DNA of 53,979 bases, from positions 1 through 53,979 of IMG/VR virus record IMGVR_UViG_3300032053_000102. The stretch is one strand, 5' to 3'. A model generated the notes under the pieces. It did no database searches. It saw only the letters and a program-made list of their open reading frames with translations, and had not been told where the DNA came from. Position numbers and translations under genes: made by a program. This DNA is from a virus. Its lineage: Duplodnaviria; Caudoviricetes. Positions 9,410 to 19,706 of this stretch are shown piece by piece (the first letter of the stretch is position 1; each line of letters begins with the position of its first letter).

Positions 9410-9904
9410 ATGGAAAATTTGCAATTAAAAGGTATAATCAAGGTAGAATTGATACGAGATGGTAAAGTTATTAAATCAATGGAATCAAAGAATCTTTTTA
9501 CTATATTAGGTCGTAATCATATACTTGATGTTGTGTTTGGTAATAGTTCTCCTGTTACTCAAGTAAACCCTTGGTATATTGGTCTCATTGATAATGATCC
9601 AGTTCCTACGCCTCATCCTGCTGATACGTTGGCATCTCATACAGGTTGGGATGAGGCAACTGGATATACTGGTAATCGGAAGGCGTGGCCAGACGCCAAT
9701 GCAGATGACGGTACAAAGGAATCATCTAGTGTTGCTACATTCGCAATGACTGATACTGCAGAAATCTATGGTATTTTTATCTGTGCGGCAGCGAGTGGTA
9801 CATCTGGTGTATTGATGTCAGAAGGTGCCTTCACTGATCCTATTGCTGTAGTCAATGGGGACGATTTTAAGGTTAGTTACACTATTATAGCTACCTCAGC
9901 ATAA
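9410..9904 (+). CDS. virion structural protein (tail-associated)
   Basis: 'NLFTILGRNHILD..WYIGL..' and 'VVNGDDFKVSY' pattern typical of small tail/fibre-module proteins. Confidence 0.5.
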   Translation: MENLQLKGIIKVELIRDGKVIKSMESKNLFTILGRNHILDVVFGNSSPVTQVNPWYIGLIDNDPVPTPHPADTLASHTGWDEATGYTGNRKAWPDANADDGTKESSSVATFAMTDTAEIYGIFICAAASGTSGVLMSEGAFTDPIAVVNGDDFKVSYTIIATSA

Positions 9905-9915
9905 GGAGACATCAA

Positions 9916-10320
9916 ATGTATGCCTGGGAGAGTGAGTTAGGTACATTATCAGGATTATCAGATCAAGCGGCATCTGATGCGATAAATGATATGACTATAG
10001 TAGTGCCAATTGTGCCTAGATATAAGATTAAGAGTTATCTCTATAGTCAAGGTTGTTATGCCAAGATGCTAGAATCTTTGGATTCGGCTGATGTACCAAC
10101 TAAAGGTTTGATTCAAACAGTTTTAGCTTTTTTGATTGATCCTGATTTCGAGAATCTTGATTTGTCACTTCCCGATGTTAGAATTATACTTAATTCATTA
10201 AAAACAGCAGGTATTTTGACAGAAAAGCAACATACTGATATATTTATGATGCAGACGACACAACTAAAATACATGCCAAGAGCTACTGATCATCAAGTTG
10301 CAGAAGTAAGGAGTAAATAA
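9916..10320 (+). CDS. hypothetical protein (tail module)
   Basis: ORF with SD AAGGAG, coupled to the next gene. Confidence 0.5.
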   Translation: MYAWESELGTLSGLSDQAASDAINDMTIVVPIVPRYKIKSYLYSQGCYAKMLESLDSADVPTKGLIQTVLAFLIDPDFENLDLSLPDVRIILNSLKTAGILTEKQHTDIFMMQTTQLKYMPRATDHQVAEVRSK

Positions 10321-10826
10321 TGAGTACACAAGCAGTTTATGAAAAACGCGGTACTTCTATTGTATTTAAAGATACAGCTGGTGATAAATTAATTGATTTA
10401 TCAGGATTAGCTCAAGTTGCAGGTCGATTATCTGCATTTTATGACCGTGGTGCTAATGCTGCACCTGCTGAGTATGAAGTCCGTGCATATTGTAAGTGGG
10501 AAGCAACAGTCACACTTAATGAGATGATGCATGTCTATTTATGTCAATCTGATGGTACTCATACTGATGCTGGTCTTACTTTCCATGAAACTAATGATGC
10601 TGCATTAACACTAGCACAATGCAGTAACCTCAAATTTGTTGGTGTTGTTAATGCTGATACAGCAGATACAAATGAACATGGTTCTACATTTATAGTCAAG
10701 ATAACAAGTCGGTATTTTGCTATTGGTATTTATAACGATTCCGCTGCCAAGGACTTATTAGATTCAGCTGGTGCTTCAGCAATTGTAGTTACACCAATCT
10801 ACTTTGATATACAAGCTTTGGCATAA
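10320..10826 (+). CDS. putative virion protein
   Basis: Beta-rich ORF in the tail operon with SD and TAATG coupling. Confidence 0.45.
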   Translation: MSTQAVYEKRGTSIVFKDTAGDKLIDLSGLAQVAGRLSAFYDRGANAAPAEYEVRAYCKWEATVTLNEMMHVYLCQSDGTHTDAGLTFHETNDAALTLAQCSNLKFVGVVNADTADTNEHGSTFIVKITSRYFAIGIYNDSAAKDLLDSAGASAIVVTPIYFDIQALA

Positions 10827-10828
10827 CC

Positions 10829-12604
10829 ATGAGCAAATATAGTTCTATTACTGAAAGACCACCCGAGTTTGACTTGAATTTAGATTGTAATTTTGTTAGG
10901 GGTCTTGCATTTGCAGGTTTGGGTAGATTCTCTAAAACACTTAGATTTCACGATTCCTCGCCCTATGGCAATCACGGCACGCTGACCAATATGGCCGTGC
11001 CTGCAACGGCCACGAGCGGTTGGGCGTGGGACAACTACTTGAGAAGATGGACGTGCAGGTTCGATGGCAGTAATGAGATTCGCAGTGTTATCCCTATTCG
11101 TAATTATCCTACTAATTCTAATAGTCCTGGTACGTTTGTTGCTTTAATCAAACCCACAAGTATTACAGGTAGTCAAGGATTGTTGAGTCGTGGTGAAGTG
11201 GTTGATAATAATTATACGCAGACATTTGGTTTGTTCGGCAATAAAGTGTCCGTTGGTTATGATGGCTACCTTACTGCAATAACTTCTGCTACATCAGTAG
11301 TTGTAGATGAGTGGGCGGTTATAGGGGTTATTGTTGATGCAACTAATGTTGTTTTCTGCGTTAATCGTACACTAGAATCTGCTAAAGCACATGGTTTAGG
11401 TGCGGGAGTAATCACAGCTACTAATCCAGCATGGCAATTAGGAAAATCCTCTAGGATTAACGATTCCATTCATTACCATTATTCGGGGTTAATTTCGGAT
11501 TGCTTCTATTGGCCGTTTGCTACGAGTCCAGGTTTTCTGCTAAGTGCTTGCTCCGCGCTTGCCGACCCGTCGGATGTGATGCTGTCGGGGCTGATCAAGC
11601 CACCGAGGCGAATATTTTTTGAAGTTCCATTTATACGCCGAACAGTTATTGCACCAACTGTAATAAATAGATTGAATCTAGGTGGTCCGGGAACAAGTAT
11701 CTTGCCAAAAATGCAAGATGGATTAGGATTAGATACTATAGTAAAAGGTATATTACCAAAGAGACTAGATTCATTAGAATTAGATGGAAGAATCATAAGT
11801 CCAATACATCATAGAACTATTGATGCATTGACTCTCACAGAGACAATAAGACCTAGTACTCAGATCAATGAACAGTATGCTAGTTTTGAACTCTCAGAAA
11901 CTATTGATACTTCTGAATCAGTATTGGCAAATCCAGAGACAAGAGTTGATGAGTTAATATTAGAAGAAGTAATTAGTTATAATCGTAATGCAACACGATT
12001 GATCACAGAATCTTTGGTACTTGTAGATTATCTATTTGGTTATATCGAATTAGATGGTAATATTATTATTCGATTCTTCGATTGGAATCATTTCAGTTGG
12101 GATGATTGGGATACTTTTGATTGGGATGATTGGAACAGTGATGATGAGTATACTGTTAAACGCGAACATATATACGCACCAATACTATCAGAAGGTTCTC
12201 GGTTTATACGAACATATTATGGATTAACATCAACTGGTGAAATTACATTAAGTTATGGTCCTTTGTCGGTGACTCTTAGAGCACCTACATTTAATAATAC
12301 ACAGTCTTTGAATCAAACACGCATACAGCGAGAATCTATTAATGGTAAAATGAAAATATATCGAGACCCTATTTGGCCTCAGATTGAAACTTTTAGTTGG
12401 AGTTTTGAGGGTTTAACCGAAGAACAAAAAGATGAGTTTCTTGATTTCATATACTCAACCTTGGGTCTTGAAGTCAATATCCTTGATTATGAAGGTCGCG
12501 ATTGGATAGGTGTTATCTCGAATCCACAAGTAGAAACTAGCGAAGAATTACGAGAATGTGGATATAAAGTCAACTTAGAATTTGAAGGAGAAATAAATGA
12601 TTGA
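10829..12604 (+). CDS. tail protein: N-terminal LamG/concanavalin-like domain, acidic spacer, Trp-rich motif, C-terminal distal-tail-like domain
   Basis: 'DSSPYGNHGTLTN', 'FDGS' and 'YSGLISD' LamG-type motifs; C-terminal 'FSWSFEGLTEEQKDEFLDF'. Confidence 0.6.
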   Translation: MSKYSSITERPPEFDLNLDCNFVRGLAFAGLGRFSKTLRFHDSSPYGNHGTLTNMAVPATATSGWAWDNYLRRWTCRFDGSNEIRSVIPIRNYPTNSNSPGTFVALIKPTSITGSQGLLSRGEVVDNNYTQTFGLFGNKVSVGYDGYLTAITSATSVVVDEWAVIGVIVDATNVVFCVNRTLESAKAHGLGAGVITATNPAWQLGKSSRINDSIHYHYSGLISDCFYWPFATSPGFLLSACSALADPSDVMLSGLIKPPRRIFFEVPFIRRTVIAPTVINRLNLGGPGTSILPKMQDGLGLDTIVKGILPKRLDSLELDGRIISPIHHRTIDALTLTETIRPSTQINEQYASFELSETIDTSESVLANPETRVDELILEEVISYNRNATRLITESLVLVDYLFGYIELDGNIIIRFFDWNHFSWDDWDTFDWDDWNSDDEYTVKREHIYAPILSEGSRFIRTYYGLTSTGEITLSYGPLSVTLRAPTFNNTQSLNQTRIQRESINGKMKIYRDPIWPQIETFSWSFEGLTEEQKDEFLDFIYSTLGLEVNILDYEGRDWIGVISNPQVETSEELRECGYKVNLEFEGEIND

Positions 12605-12971
12605 ATTAAAAGCGATAGATTGCATTTGTGTTTTACCAAACCCGCAATGGGGTGATGTACAACATTTAGATGCATCGGTTCTAATTAAGCGATCAATGAA
12701 TGGTGTACGATATACTTATGTTCAAAGAAAAGAACAGAGGCAGACATTTATTTATAATATGGTCGTTTTAAGGTTAAAGGCACTTGAATTTCTTGATTTT
12801 GTGCGTACTTATGGTGGAGAAGAAATAATAGTAGTGGATCATAAGGGTCGAGAAATTAAGGGCTATATTACTACGAATCCAAACACTTTGACTATGACCA
12901 ATAGATCAATTGCAGCAGGTAGCGTGGAGCAAGTGTCATTCAATTTTGAAGTCCAGGGGATTGTCCAATGA
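12597..12971 (+). CDS. distal tail-like protein
   Basis: Resembles the C-terminal domain of the preceding gene (RSMNG vs RESING; EFLDF; DHKGR vs DYEGR; FNFE vs LEFE). Confidence 0.5.
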   Translation: MIELKAIDCICVLPNPQWGDVQHLDASVLIKRSMNGVRYTYVQRKEQRQTFIYNMVVLRLKALEFLDFVRTYGGEEIIVVDHKGREIKGYITTNPNTLTMTNRSIAAGSVEQVSFNFEVQGIVQ

Positions 12972-15880
12972 GAGCATTAACACTTACCGCACAAGCACAA
13001 ATTGCACAAAGATTAGGTAATGAAGCAAATATCTATATTACGGTCACTTGGCCAAATCAGACACCTGTTGTATATCAAGCTGATCGTATCTTGCAAATAA
13101 GTGCAGTTAATTCGATTGCTGCACAAGATGGTAGAGCAAGTCAGAGTGTAAGTATAACATTGGATGATATAGAGGGTGATTTTAAATCTAAAATTGATTC
13201 TTTTGATGTACATAATATACCCTGCAGTATCTATCAGACCGTCGAAAGTGAATCATTCTTACTATTTAAAGGTTGCATCTATACACCATTAACTTGGAGC
13301 GAGGGTGATAGAACAGTTACATTTGATGTAACGACAAGATTAGTAGATAAAGAGGCAGGATATACTGATATTTATAATCAAGATTGGCCGTTGTGTTTTG
13401 GAAGTGTTAGATATGTACCAGCGGCTAAAATTAAATCTGCTAAGACTGCTAAGTTGGATGATATACTCTGTGTCCCTGATTTCAGTATCGAATATAAAAA
13501 GAGTTTGTTAAAGAAAGCATTTCAAGATCAACAAATGATCGCTAATTTCTATCGTTTGATTGTAACAGGTTCTAATGCTCTTGCACCACCTGTTACAACT
13601 CTAATCCTCATCTATTGTGATCTAATTCGAGTACATAGACAATTGATGGCAGAAGTTGATGCAATAGCAAGAGAAATTGATAAACAGAATGAAATTATTG
13701 CTAAAGTAGAAGCAGGTGAAGGCGGGAATGGAGTTAGAATAGACAGAGCAAATAATGAAATTGAAAGATTAGAGAAACGTAGAGAAAAGATACTAGGTTC
13801 AGAGAAGAGTGAAGAACAACTAAAAACAGAAGCTATGGCTCGTTTGATCCGAGGGGAAGGACCAGAAGAACAAGAAATTCCAGAATTAAATTTCATTGGA
13901 ATAATGAAGTTAGAGTGCGAAAGATTGATTGCTTTAGCCTATGAACGATATTTGATTAAGAAACAAGCAAATGCAAAAGTTGTTGCTTGCCACACTCAGA
14001 TGAAACAAATTGCAGATAAATACAAGCAATTCGAAGTCGAACAATGCGAACAAAATAAATGTGCCAAGAGACGGGTGCATTTAATAATGAATGAAGATAT
14101 TCCTTTGACTGGTACTAGATTTAATATTGGTGGTTTGCTTTGGACCGGAACTATTGACGGCGAATACCTTGATTTAAATCAACCAATTGCTTTATACAAA
14201 GATGTAGGTGTTACTCGTTGGTCTAAACCAGCAGAAGAATGTGAGAGTAGTGGTTGGTCTAATTTCTGGATTGATGATGCAACAAAACGATTAAGTGGTA
14301 TGTACTGTTTGGTCAAGAGTTATCGTGATGGATCGAAACATATCATTAAAGTAGGGGAACAAGATGGTACAAAATGCACCTATGATTTAATAGCATATAG
14401 TTCAAGTGGTAGTGGAGGTAACTTAATACAGACCCCAATACCATTTACTAATTATAATGTACCATTTGGACCTTCTCCAGGTGTAAATGTACTAATTCCA
14501 GGCACTTATAGTAATTCTCCTGAGATTAGATTAAGTGCTGCTATAATGAGTCGATTGAATTATGTTCCTCTTAGTCCAGAAGAATTCTTAGCTCTTGCAT
14601 ATTTACAGCAAATTGAACCACAAGATCATTCAAACGATGTTGTAGCAATCCAGTTGCCAGAACCTACGGATATTTATACAATACTTGGGTGGGAAGTGTC
14701 AGAGATTTTAGAAGTGGCAGCTATACCACTAGCTTCCTGGTTTGATGGGACAATTAATGTAGCAGAGATACCTGATAAATTATTTTGGCAAGTTCCGCAA
14801 GGTGAAACAGTCTGTCAGGAAGATTCATTTCACGAAGTCTATGTTGCAAATATATTACCATCGAAGATTAAGTCAATTAAGGCATACTATACACATGATA
14901 ATCTAAGAGTCTTAACAGAAGTTCCTGATGTCTACTATAGTACAAATGAAAATGAAGATGTAGGACCATTTAATGTAACATCTATTCGTTTTAAGACACC
15001 ATTAAATATGATTGGTAGTGGACAATGGGATGATACGATCTATGTCACATTAGTTTCATCCGTGGGACTAAATGTTGTTGATATACTCGAATATTTGATT
15101 TCTACATACACAGACAAGACTTATGATCCTGTATCCTTTGATGCTGTTGAAATTCTACAAAAGAATTATCCGGCTGATTTCGCTTTACTTAGTCCCAAGA
15201 ATATTTTCACTTTATTATCAGAGATTGCATGGCAAGCACGTTGTGCTATTTATGAAATTGATGATGTCTATTACTTAAAATATCTATCGCGTTGTATCGC
15301 TGAAGATAAAACTGATGTGGTGATCACAGAATCCGATATTGAACTTTCTACGTTAGAATTAACATGTAGTTCGACAGAAGATGTAATTACTAAATTGGTT
15401 GCTATATGGAAACCTGACTATCTTGATACTACTAAAGAACATTATCTTACATTGAAATTTAATACAAATATCTTCGGTGAGAATGAAGAAAAATTTGATT
15501 TCTTCATCTACAAACATGAGGCATTGGTACAAAAATCAGCTACATTCTGGCTAATACGACTAGCAAATGTCTGGAAAGAAATATCATTTGGTACTTTTCT
15601 AACACATAGCGAGTTAGAAATTTATGATATAGTTACTTTCACATCCGATCATCTTTCTACTTCGTCTGTATCGGCAGAAATTAAAGAAATTAGTTACGAC
15701 CAAGAGTCAAAGACAATAAGATTAAAACTGTGGTTGCCTGTTCGTTTTGGAGAAATGACAGCATATCCATTAGCTTGGCCTGCTGCAATTGATGAAAATA
15801 CTCTATTTCCAACTGTAATTGACATAGAAAAAAATTATGTTCCTATAACACAGACAGTATTGGAGGTACAAGGTCAATGA
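12968..15880 (+). CDS. tail tip / baseplate hub protein
   Basis: 970 aa; 'WPLCFGSVRYVPA' and 'NVVDILEYLI' tip-protein patterns; internal coiled coil. Confidence 0.6.
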   Translation: MRALTLTAQAQIAQRLGNEANIYITVTWPNQTPVVYQADRILQISAVNSIAAQDGRASQSVSITLDDIEGDFKSKIDSFDVHNIPCSIYQTVESESFLLFKGCIYTPLTWSEGDRTVTFDVTTRLVDKEAGYTDIYNQDWPLCFGSVRYVPAAKIKSAKTAKLDDILCVPDFSIEYKKSLLKKAFQDQQMIANFYRLIVTGSNALAPPVTTLILIYCDLIRVHRQLMAEVDAIAREIDKQNEIIAKVEAGEGGNGVRIDRANNEIERLEKRREKILGSEKSEEQLKTEAMARLIRGEGPEEQEIPELNFIGIMKLECERLIALAYERYLIKKQANAKVVACHTQMKQIADKYKQFEVEQCEQNKCAKRRVHLIMNEDIPLTGTRFNIGGLLWTGTIDGEYLDLNQPIALYKDVGVTRWSKPAEECESSGWSNFWIDDATKRLSGMYCLVKSYRDGSKHIIKVGEQDGTKCTYDLIAYSSSGSGGNLIQTPIPFTNYNVPFGPSPGVNVLIPGTYSNSPEIRLSAAIMSRLNYVPLSPEEFLALAYLQQIEPQDHSNDVVAIQLPEPTDIYTILGWEVSEILEVAAIPLASWFDGTINVAEIPDKLFWQVPQGETVCQEDSFHEVYVANILPSKIKSIKAYYTHDNLRVLTEVPDVYYSTNENEDVGPFNVTSIRFKTPLNMIGSGQWDDTIYVTLVSSVGLNVVDILEYLISTYTDKTYDPVSFDAVEILQKNYPADFALLSPKNIFTLLSEIAWQARCAIYEIDDVYYLKYLSRCIAEDKTDVVITESDIELSTLELTCSSTEDVITKLVAIWKPDYLDTTKEHYLTLKFNTNIFGENEEKFDFFIYKHEALVQKSATFWLIRLANVWKEISFGTFLTHSELEIYDIVTFTSDHLSTSSVSAEIKEISYDQESKTIRLKLWLPVRFGEMTAYPLAWPAAIDENTLFPTVIDIEKNYVPITQTVLEVQGQ

Positions 15881-16923
15881 GTTATGATACAACACCTAGT
15901 GATGTGGGTGATACAAAACCAGTAGATGCGACTGCAACATTGGAACAATCATTGCAGGAATATTATAAAAGTAAAAATATATCATTACCTAAATTAGATG
16001 ATTTTGATCCTCAATTAGAAGTAAAACCTCCTGCTATTATAGAACGCGAAGTATTGCCGGGTCTTATTATTAAAATACAATCACAAGAGAATACGACAAT
16101 AACAGTAAAAGTATTATTACAAGATGGTCGTGTTGTGACTGCATATTTATATGCAATATTAGAGGGACAAACTATAAAAAAGAATGACCCTTGTATTATT
16201 GTACGCGGTAAAACAGATAATGAATGGTATTGTTTCGCTCAAAAATATGAAGAGACTAAAAGATTAGAACTATATCAACTTGTTGATCTTCCGATTCTTG
16301 ATGGTACAGGCGAGACAAGAAACTGGTGGTGTCATGGTAAAAAATTGATATATGATAGTGAAACTGAAGAATGGGATGCGGAAGATGAAGCAATCAGATT
16401 ACAATTCCCTATGTGGTGGAGTCCTGATGTAGGACCAGGGATTGTTGGTGCTAGAGTATGGGTTTGGGGATCAAAATATATCATTACGCATCCGGAAGGC
16501 TTGTGGCGATTTGAATTGAAAGGAGAATTGGTAACTAGCGAAAGTGCAGAAGCTTATTTAGTAAAACCTGATGGTACAACTGATGAAACAGTTACATTCA
16601 CTGTATATGATTTATTGGGTAATTATGAAGGGGTTATTGGCGATAAAGGTTATTGCAAATACTTAACGGATAGTCAGAAATTTGAAGTCATAAGTATAAA
16701 ATCACTTGGTGTTGATGGCGGTAATTGTTGGGTTGGATTAAATAATGATTATGAGTTAATTCATTTAACACCTATGTCTAGTTCTACTCCAGCAAACTGT
16801 GTGACTATACATGAGGTGTTTTCTCCTTGTGGTCTCTATTTTGATGATGCTGGCCACTTAATAGGCTATCTTGATTACGCAAGTAATTGGGTTAGTCCTT
16901 GGGGTATAGTTGATCCACGATGA
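15877..16923 (+). CDS. putative tail fibre/spike or tip accessory protein
   Basis: Acidic beta-rich ORF coupled to the hub gene. Confidence 0.4.
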   Translation: MSYDTTPSDVGDTKPVDATATLEQSLQEYYKSKNISLPKLDDFDPQLEVKPPAIIEREVLPGLIIKIQSQENTTITVKVLLQDGRVVTAYLYAILEGQTIKKNDPCIIVRGKTDNEWYCFAQKYEETKRLELYQLVDLPILDGTGETRNWWCHGKKLIYDSETEEWDAEDEAIRLQFPMWWSPDVGPGIVGARVWVWGSKYIITHPEGLWRFELKGELVTSESAEAYLVKPDGTTDETVTFTVYDLLGNYEGVIGDKGYCKYLTDSQKFEVISIKSLGVDGGNCWVGLNNDYELIHLTPMSSSTPANCVTIHEVFSPCGLYFDDAGHLIGYLDYASNWVSPWGIVDPR

Positions 16924-17492
16924 ACTTCAAAGAAATACAAGTAGTGGTTATGTCATCAGGAGCACCTGTAAATAGATTACTCGGTTTATGGTTGATGAAA
17001 CATCAATTGGATTATTGTTATGGATCACCTGAAAATTTAGCTGGTGTTGATGTAGCACGTAATCAAACTATAACTCGATTTTTAAGAGAAGATGTACCAA
17101 AAGGTAAAAAGTATTTATTGGGTTTTGACCATGACATGATTCCTCTTGAGTCAACACGACATATTTTGACGGAACCCGGTGAATTGATTTATTGTGGTTA
17201 TGCCGGACGACATGGAAGTAAAGGACATTATGGTAATGATGATTTTGGCATGTCTTGTTTCCGAACGTCAGTCGATGTGTTAGTCAGGATGCAATATCCT
17301 TGGTGCCAGAATACTATGTTAAATGGTGCAAAAATAAATTGTGAATGTAATTTTTTTCATCAAAAAGTATTAGGCTTGGGAATCAAACCTAAAATGGTTG
17401 GGATTATTGGACACGAACAAACTTGTATTTTGATTCCAAGCAAAACAGAATTAGGTTGGTCTCTACTTTGGTCAGAGGATATAAAATTATGA
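16920..17492 (+). CDS. GT-A fold glycosyltransferase-like protein
   Basis: 'VDVARN...YLLGFDHDM' (ARN plus DxD), 'FGMSCF', terminal 'IIGH'. Confidence 0.6.
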   Translation: MNFKEIQVVVMSSGAPVNRLLGLWLMKHQLDYCYGSPENLAGVDVARNQTITRFLREDVPKGKKYLLGFDHDMIPLESTRHILTEPGELIYCGYAGRHGSKGHYGNDDFGMSCFRTSVDVLVRMQYPWCQNTMLNGAKINCECNFFHQKVLGLGIKPKMVGIIGHEQTCILIPSKTELGWSLLWSEDIKL

Positions 17493-17755
17493 ATCAATCA
17501 CTTCCATTCAAAATAGTTAGATTTACTGCTGCATTGGCAAAATTTATAATTAAAGGTAAAGGTAAGTTCTTATCAGAAAGTAAAATGCAAGTAAGATTAG
17601 AAATATGTAAAATTTGTGCAAATTTCACAGGTAATTATTGTAAAGCATGTGGATGCAAATGTGGTAATAAAAGGAAATTTATGAATAAGTTAGTATATCC
17701 TACTGAAGATTGCCCCGAAGGGAGATGGTCAAGTGAACTACCTACGCGCGCGTAA
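17489..17755 (+). CDS. Cys-rich zinc-binding protein (DUF6171-like)
   Basis: RLEICKIC...CKACGC...K...CPEGRW; ATG 17489 coupled to the previous stop. Confidence 0.6.
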   Translation: MNQSLPFKIVRFTAALAKFIIKGKGKFLSESKMQVRLEICKICANFTGNYCKACGCKCGNKRKFMNKLVYPTEDCPEGRWSSELPTRA

Positions 17756-18311
17756 TCATATAAAAACTGGAGATTTGTTGTGTTGTGCTGGTCCTTGGAA
17801 TTTTTCCAGACTTATTAGATTAGTTACAAAAAGTGATATTAGTCATGTGGGATTGGCTTGTTGGATACAATTTAATACAGGGCAGAAACGACTTTGCATG
17901 TTTGAAGCGGTTGAAGGGAGTGATGTCAGAATTGTACCATTACATCATTATTTGAAAACTGTATTTTGGCCAAATAGTGGCAAGATGTGGTGGCAACCAT
18001 TGCAAAATGAAACAATCAATGGTTCAGGGTTAATGGATTATTGTCTGCAACAATGGGGACAAGGATATGTTGGTTCTTATCAATTTATCGTAGGTATGCT
18101 TCCTTTATTGCAACGAATCCGTAAATGGATTGGTAAGCCAATGGATATAGATAAAAATAGATTCCATTGTTCTGAGCTTGTTACTACAGCTCTGATACAA
18201 CAAGGTTATCAACACACTAAGGAACCTGTATTTACAACTCCAGGTGAAGTTAGTAAATTTGGATGTTGGGGAAGTCGAGTATTATTGGAGAACAATGATG
18301 AAATGGACTAA
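17733..18311 (+). CDS. permuted papain-like NlpC/P60 (YiiX/YebB-like) hydrolase
   Basis: 'KTGDLL', His in 'SHVG' precedes Cys in 'FHCSELV', and 'TPGEV'. Confidence 0.8.
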   Translation: MNYLRARNHIKTGDLLCCAGPWNFSRLIRLVTKSDISHVGLACWIQFNTGQKRLCMFEAVEGSDVRIVPLHHYLKTVFWPNSGKMWWQPLQNETINGSGLMDYCLQQWGQGYVGSYQFIVGMLPLLQRIRKWIGKPMDIDKNRFHCSELVTTALIQQGYQHTKEPVFTTPGEVSKFGCWGSRVLLENNDEMD

Positions 18312-19545
18312 GGAAGATATAGAAAAATTAAAAGAGTTACGCAATCAAAAAACTGAAACTAAAATAATAGCATCGGTGTTAAATAGGACAGTGTGTAGTG
18401 TAAATAGTAAATTAAAAAAACTTGGATTAATGAATTCTGATGTAGGTAAATCAACTGAAAAGTTTGATCCAACAGACGCAAGAGTTAGAGCACTCGAATC
18501 AAAGGTCAAAGCACAAAGTAATGAATTAGTAAATCAAAAATTAGAACTTAATTTTTATCGCGAACGTGCAGCATTATTTGACGCTATCTCAGAAACAATT
18601 GGACAAGAAATCAAACCGTATAAAGCATTGCCAAGGACATTACCTATTGATTCTAAGAAACAAAAGCATGTAGAAGATGTAGTAATGCATCAGAGTGATG
18701 AACACATGGCTGATGTAGTTGATCCTAAATCTGTTCAAGGACTAGAAAATTACAATTTTTCTGTGGCTTGTTGCCGTGCAGAAAAATATGTAAATACAGT
18801 ATTAGAAATAACACAAAAGACACTAACTGGTTATAGATTTCCAAATCTCTGGATTCTTAGATATGGCGATCATTCAAGTGGTGAGATTCATAATGCTGTA
18901 TTACAAAGTGAATTCAAAAATCAATTCAAGAATTCGTTTGCAATAGCACAAGTCCATGCTTTAATGGTACGTGATTTGGCACCATATTTTGAAAATGTAT
19001 TTGTAATTTGCTTATCAGGTAATCATGGACGACGTAGTAAAAAGAAAGATTATAACAATCCACATGATAATTGGGATTACGCAATCAATAAGATGGCTGC
19101 AATGCTCAATAGAGATATATCTAATGTATCATATTTAATCCCAAATGCTTTTAGTACAGTGTTGAACATACAAGGTTTCAATTTTGCAATTGAACATGGT
19201 GATGATGTTAAATTATGGAATTCAATACCATATTATGGATTGGAACGAAAAACACGCAGACTACTAGCATTGAATTCGACACGCGGGACTAAGATTGATT
19301 ATTTTGTTTTCGGTCATTTTCACCAACTAAGTGCTTTAAATCAACTTGGATCAGTTGAAACAATGATTAATGGAACATGGAAAGCGACTGATCCTTTTAC
19401 TTTGGGCTCTTTAAGTGGTTATGTGGAACCAAGTCAATGGTTACATGGTGTACATCCAGAACACGGTATCACATGGAGATTTAGAATCAAACTGAAAGAT
19501 GAGAATGAGTTGCGGGGTCCACAGAGATACAAAGTGGAGGTCTGA
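18295..19545 (+). CDS. calcineurin-like metallophosphoesterase with N-terminal HTH and coiled coil
   Basis: SDEH, GD, GNHG, HGD and GHFH motifs; N-terminal 'WTKEDIEKLKEL..IASVLNRT'. Confidence 0.8.
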   Translation: MMKWTKEDIEKLKELRNQKTETKIIASVLNRTVCSVNSKLKKLGLMNSDVGKSTEKFDPTDARVRALESKVKAQSNELVNQKLELNFYRERAALFDAISETIGQEIKPYKALPRTLPIDSKKQKHVEDVVMHQSDEHMADVVDPKSVQGLENYNFSVACCRAEKYVNTVLEITQKTLTGYRFPNLWILRYGDHSSGEIHNAVLQSEFKNQFKNSFAIAQVHALMVRDLAPYFENVFVICLSGNHGRRSKKKDYNNPHDNWDYAINKMAAMLNRDISNVSYLIPNAFSTVLNIQGFNFAIEHGDDVKLWNSIPYYGLERKTRRLLALNSTRGTKIDYFVFGHFHQLSALNQLGSVETMINGTWKATDPFTLGSLSGYVEPSQWLHGVHPEHGITWRFRIKLKDENELRGPQRYKVEV

Positions 19546-19658
19546 TGCCATTTCGATCAGAAAAGCAACGCCGTTATCTTTGGGTCAAACACCCTATCAT
19601 CGCAAAGAAGTGGACGAAGAAATATGGTTCTAAAATCAGGAAGAAACGTAAGAAATAA
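19545..19658 (+). CDS. 37-aa basic peptide MPFRSEKQRRYLWVKHPIIAKKWTKKYGSKIRKKRKK; not in ORF track
   Basis: SD GGAGG, TGATG coupling; resembles a recurrent small phage 'MPFKSxxQRR' family (recollection). Confidence 0.7.
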   Translation: MPFRSEKQRRYLWVKHPIIAKKWTKKYGSKIRKKRKK

Positions 19659-19697
19659 AAAAGGCCAGGTATCCATTTTGGGATACCTGGCCTTTTT
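19658..19697. terminator. bidirectional intrinsic terminator
   Basis: AAAAAGGCCAGGTATCC/GGATACCTGGCCTTTTT inverted repeat between convergent operons. Confidence 0.9.
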
Positions 19698-19706
19698 GCA
19701 TTTAGC

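Noticed and set aside
10829-16923. Diversity-generating retroelement targeting tail proteins
   Set aside because: No reverse transcriptase and no TR/VR pair differing at adenines was seen
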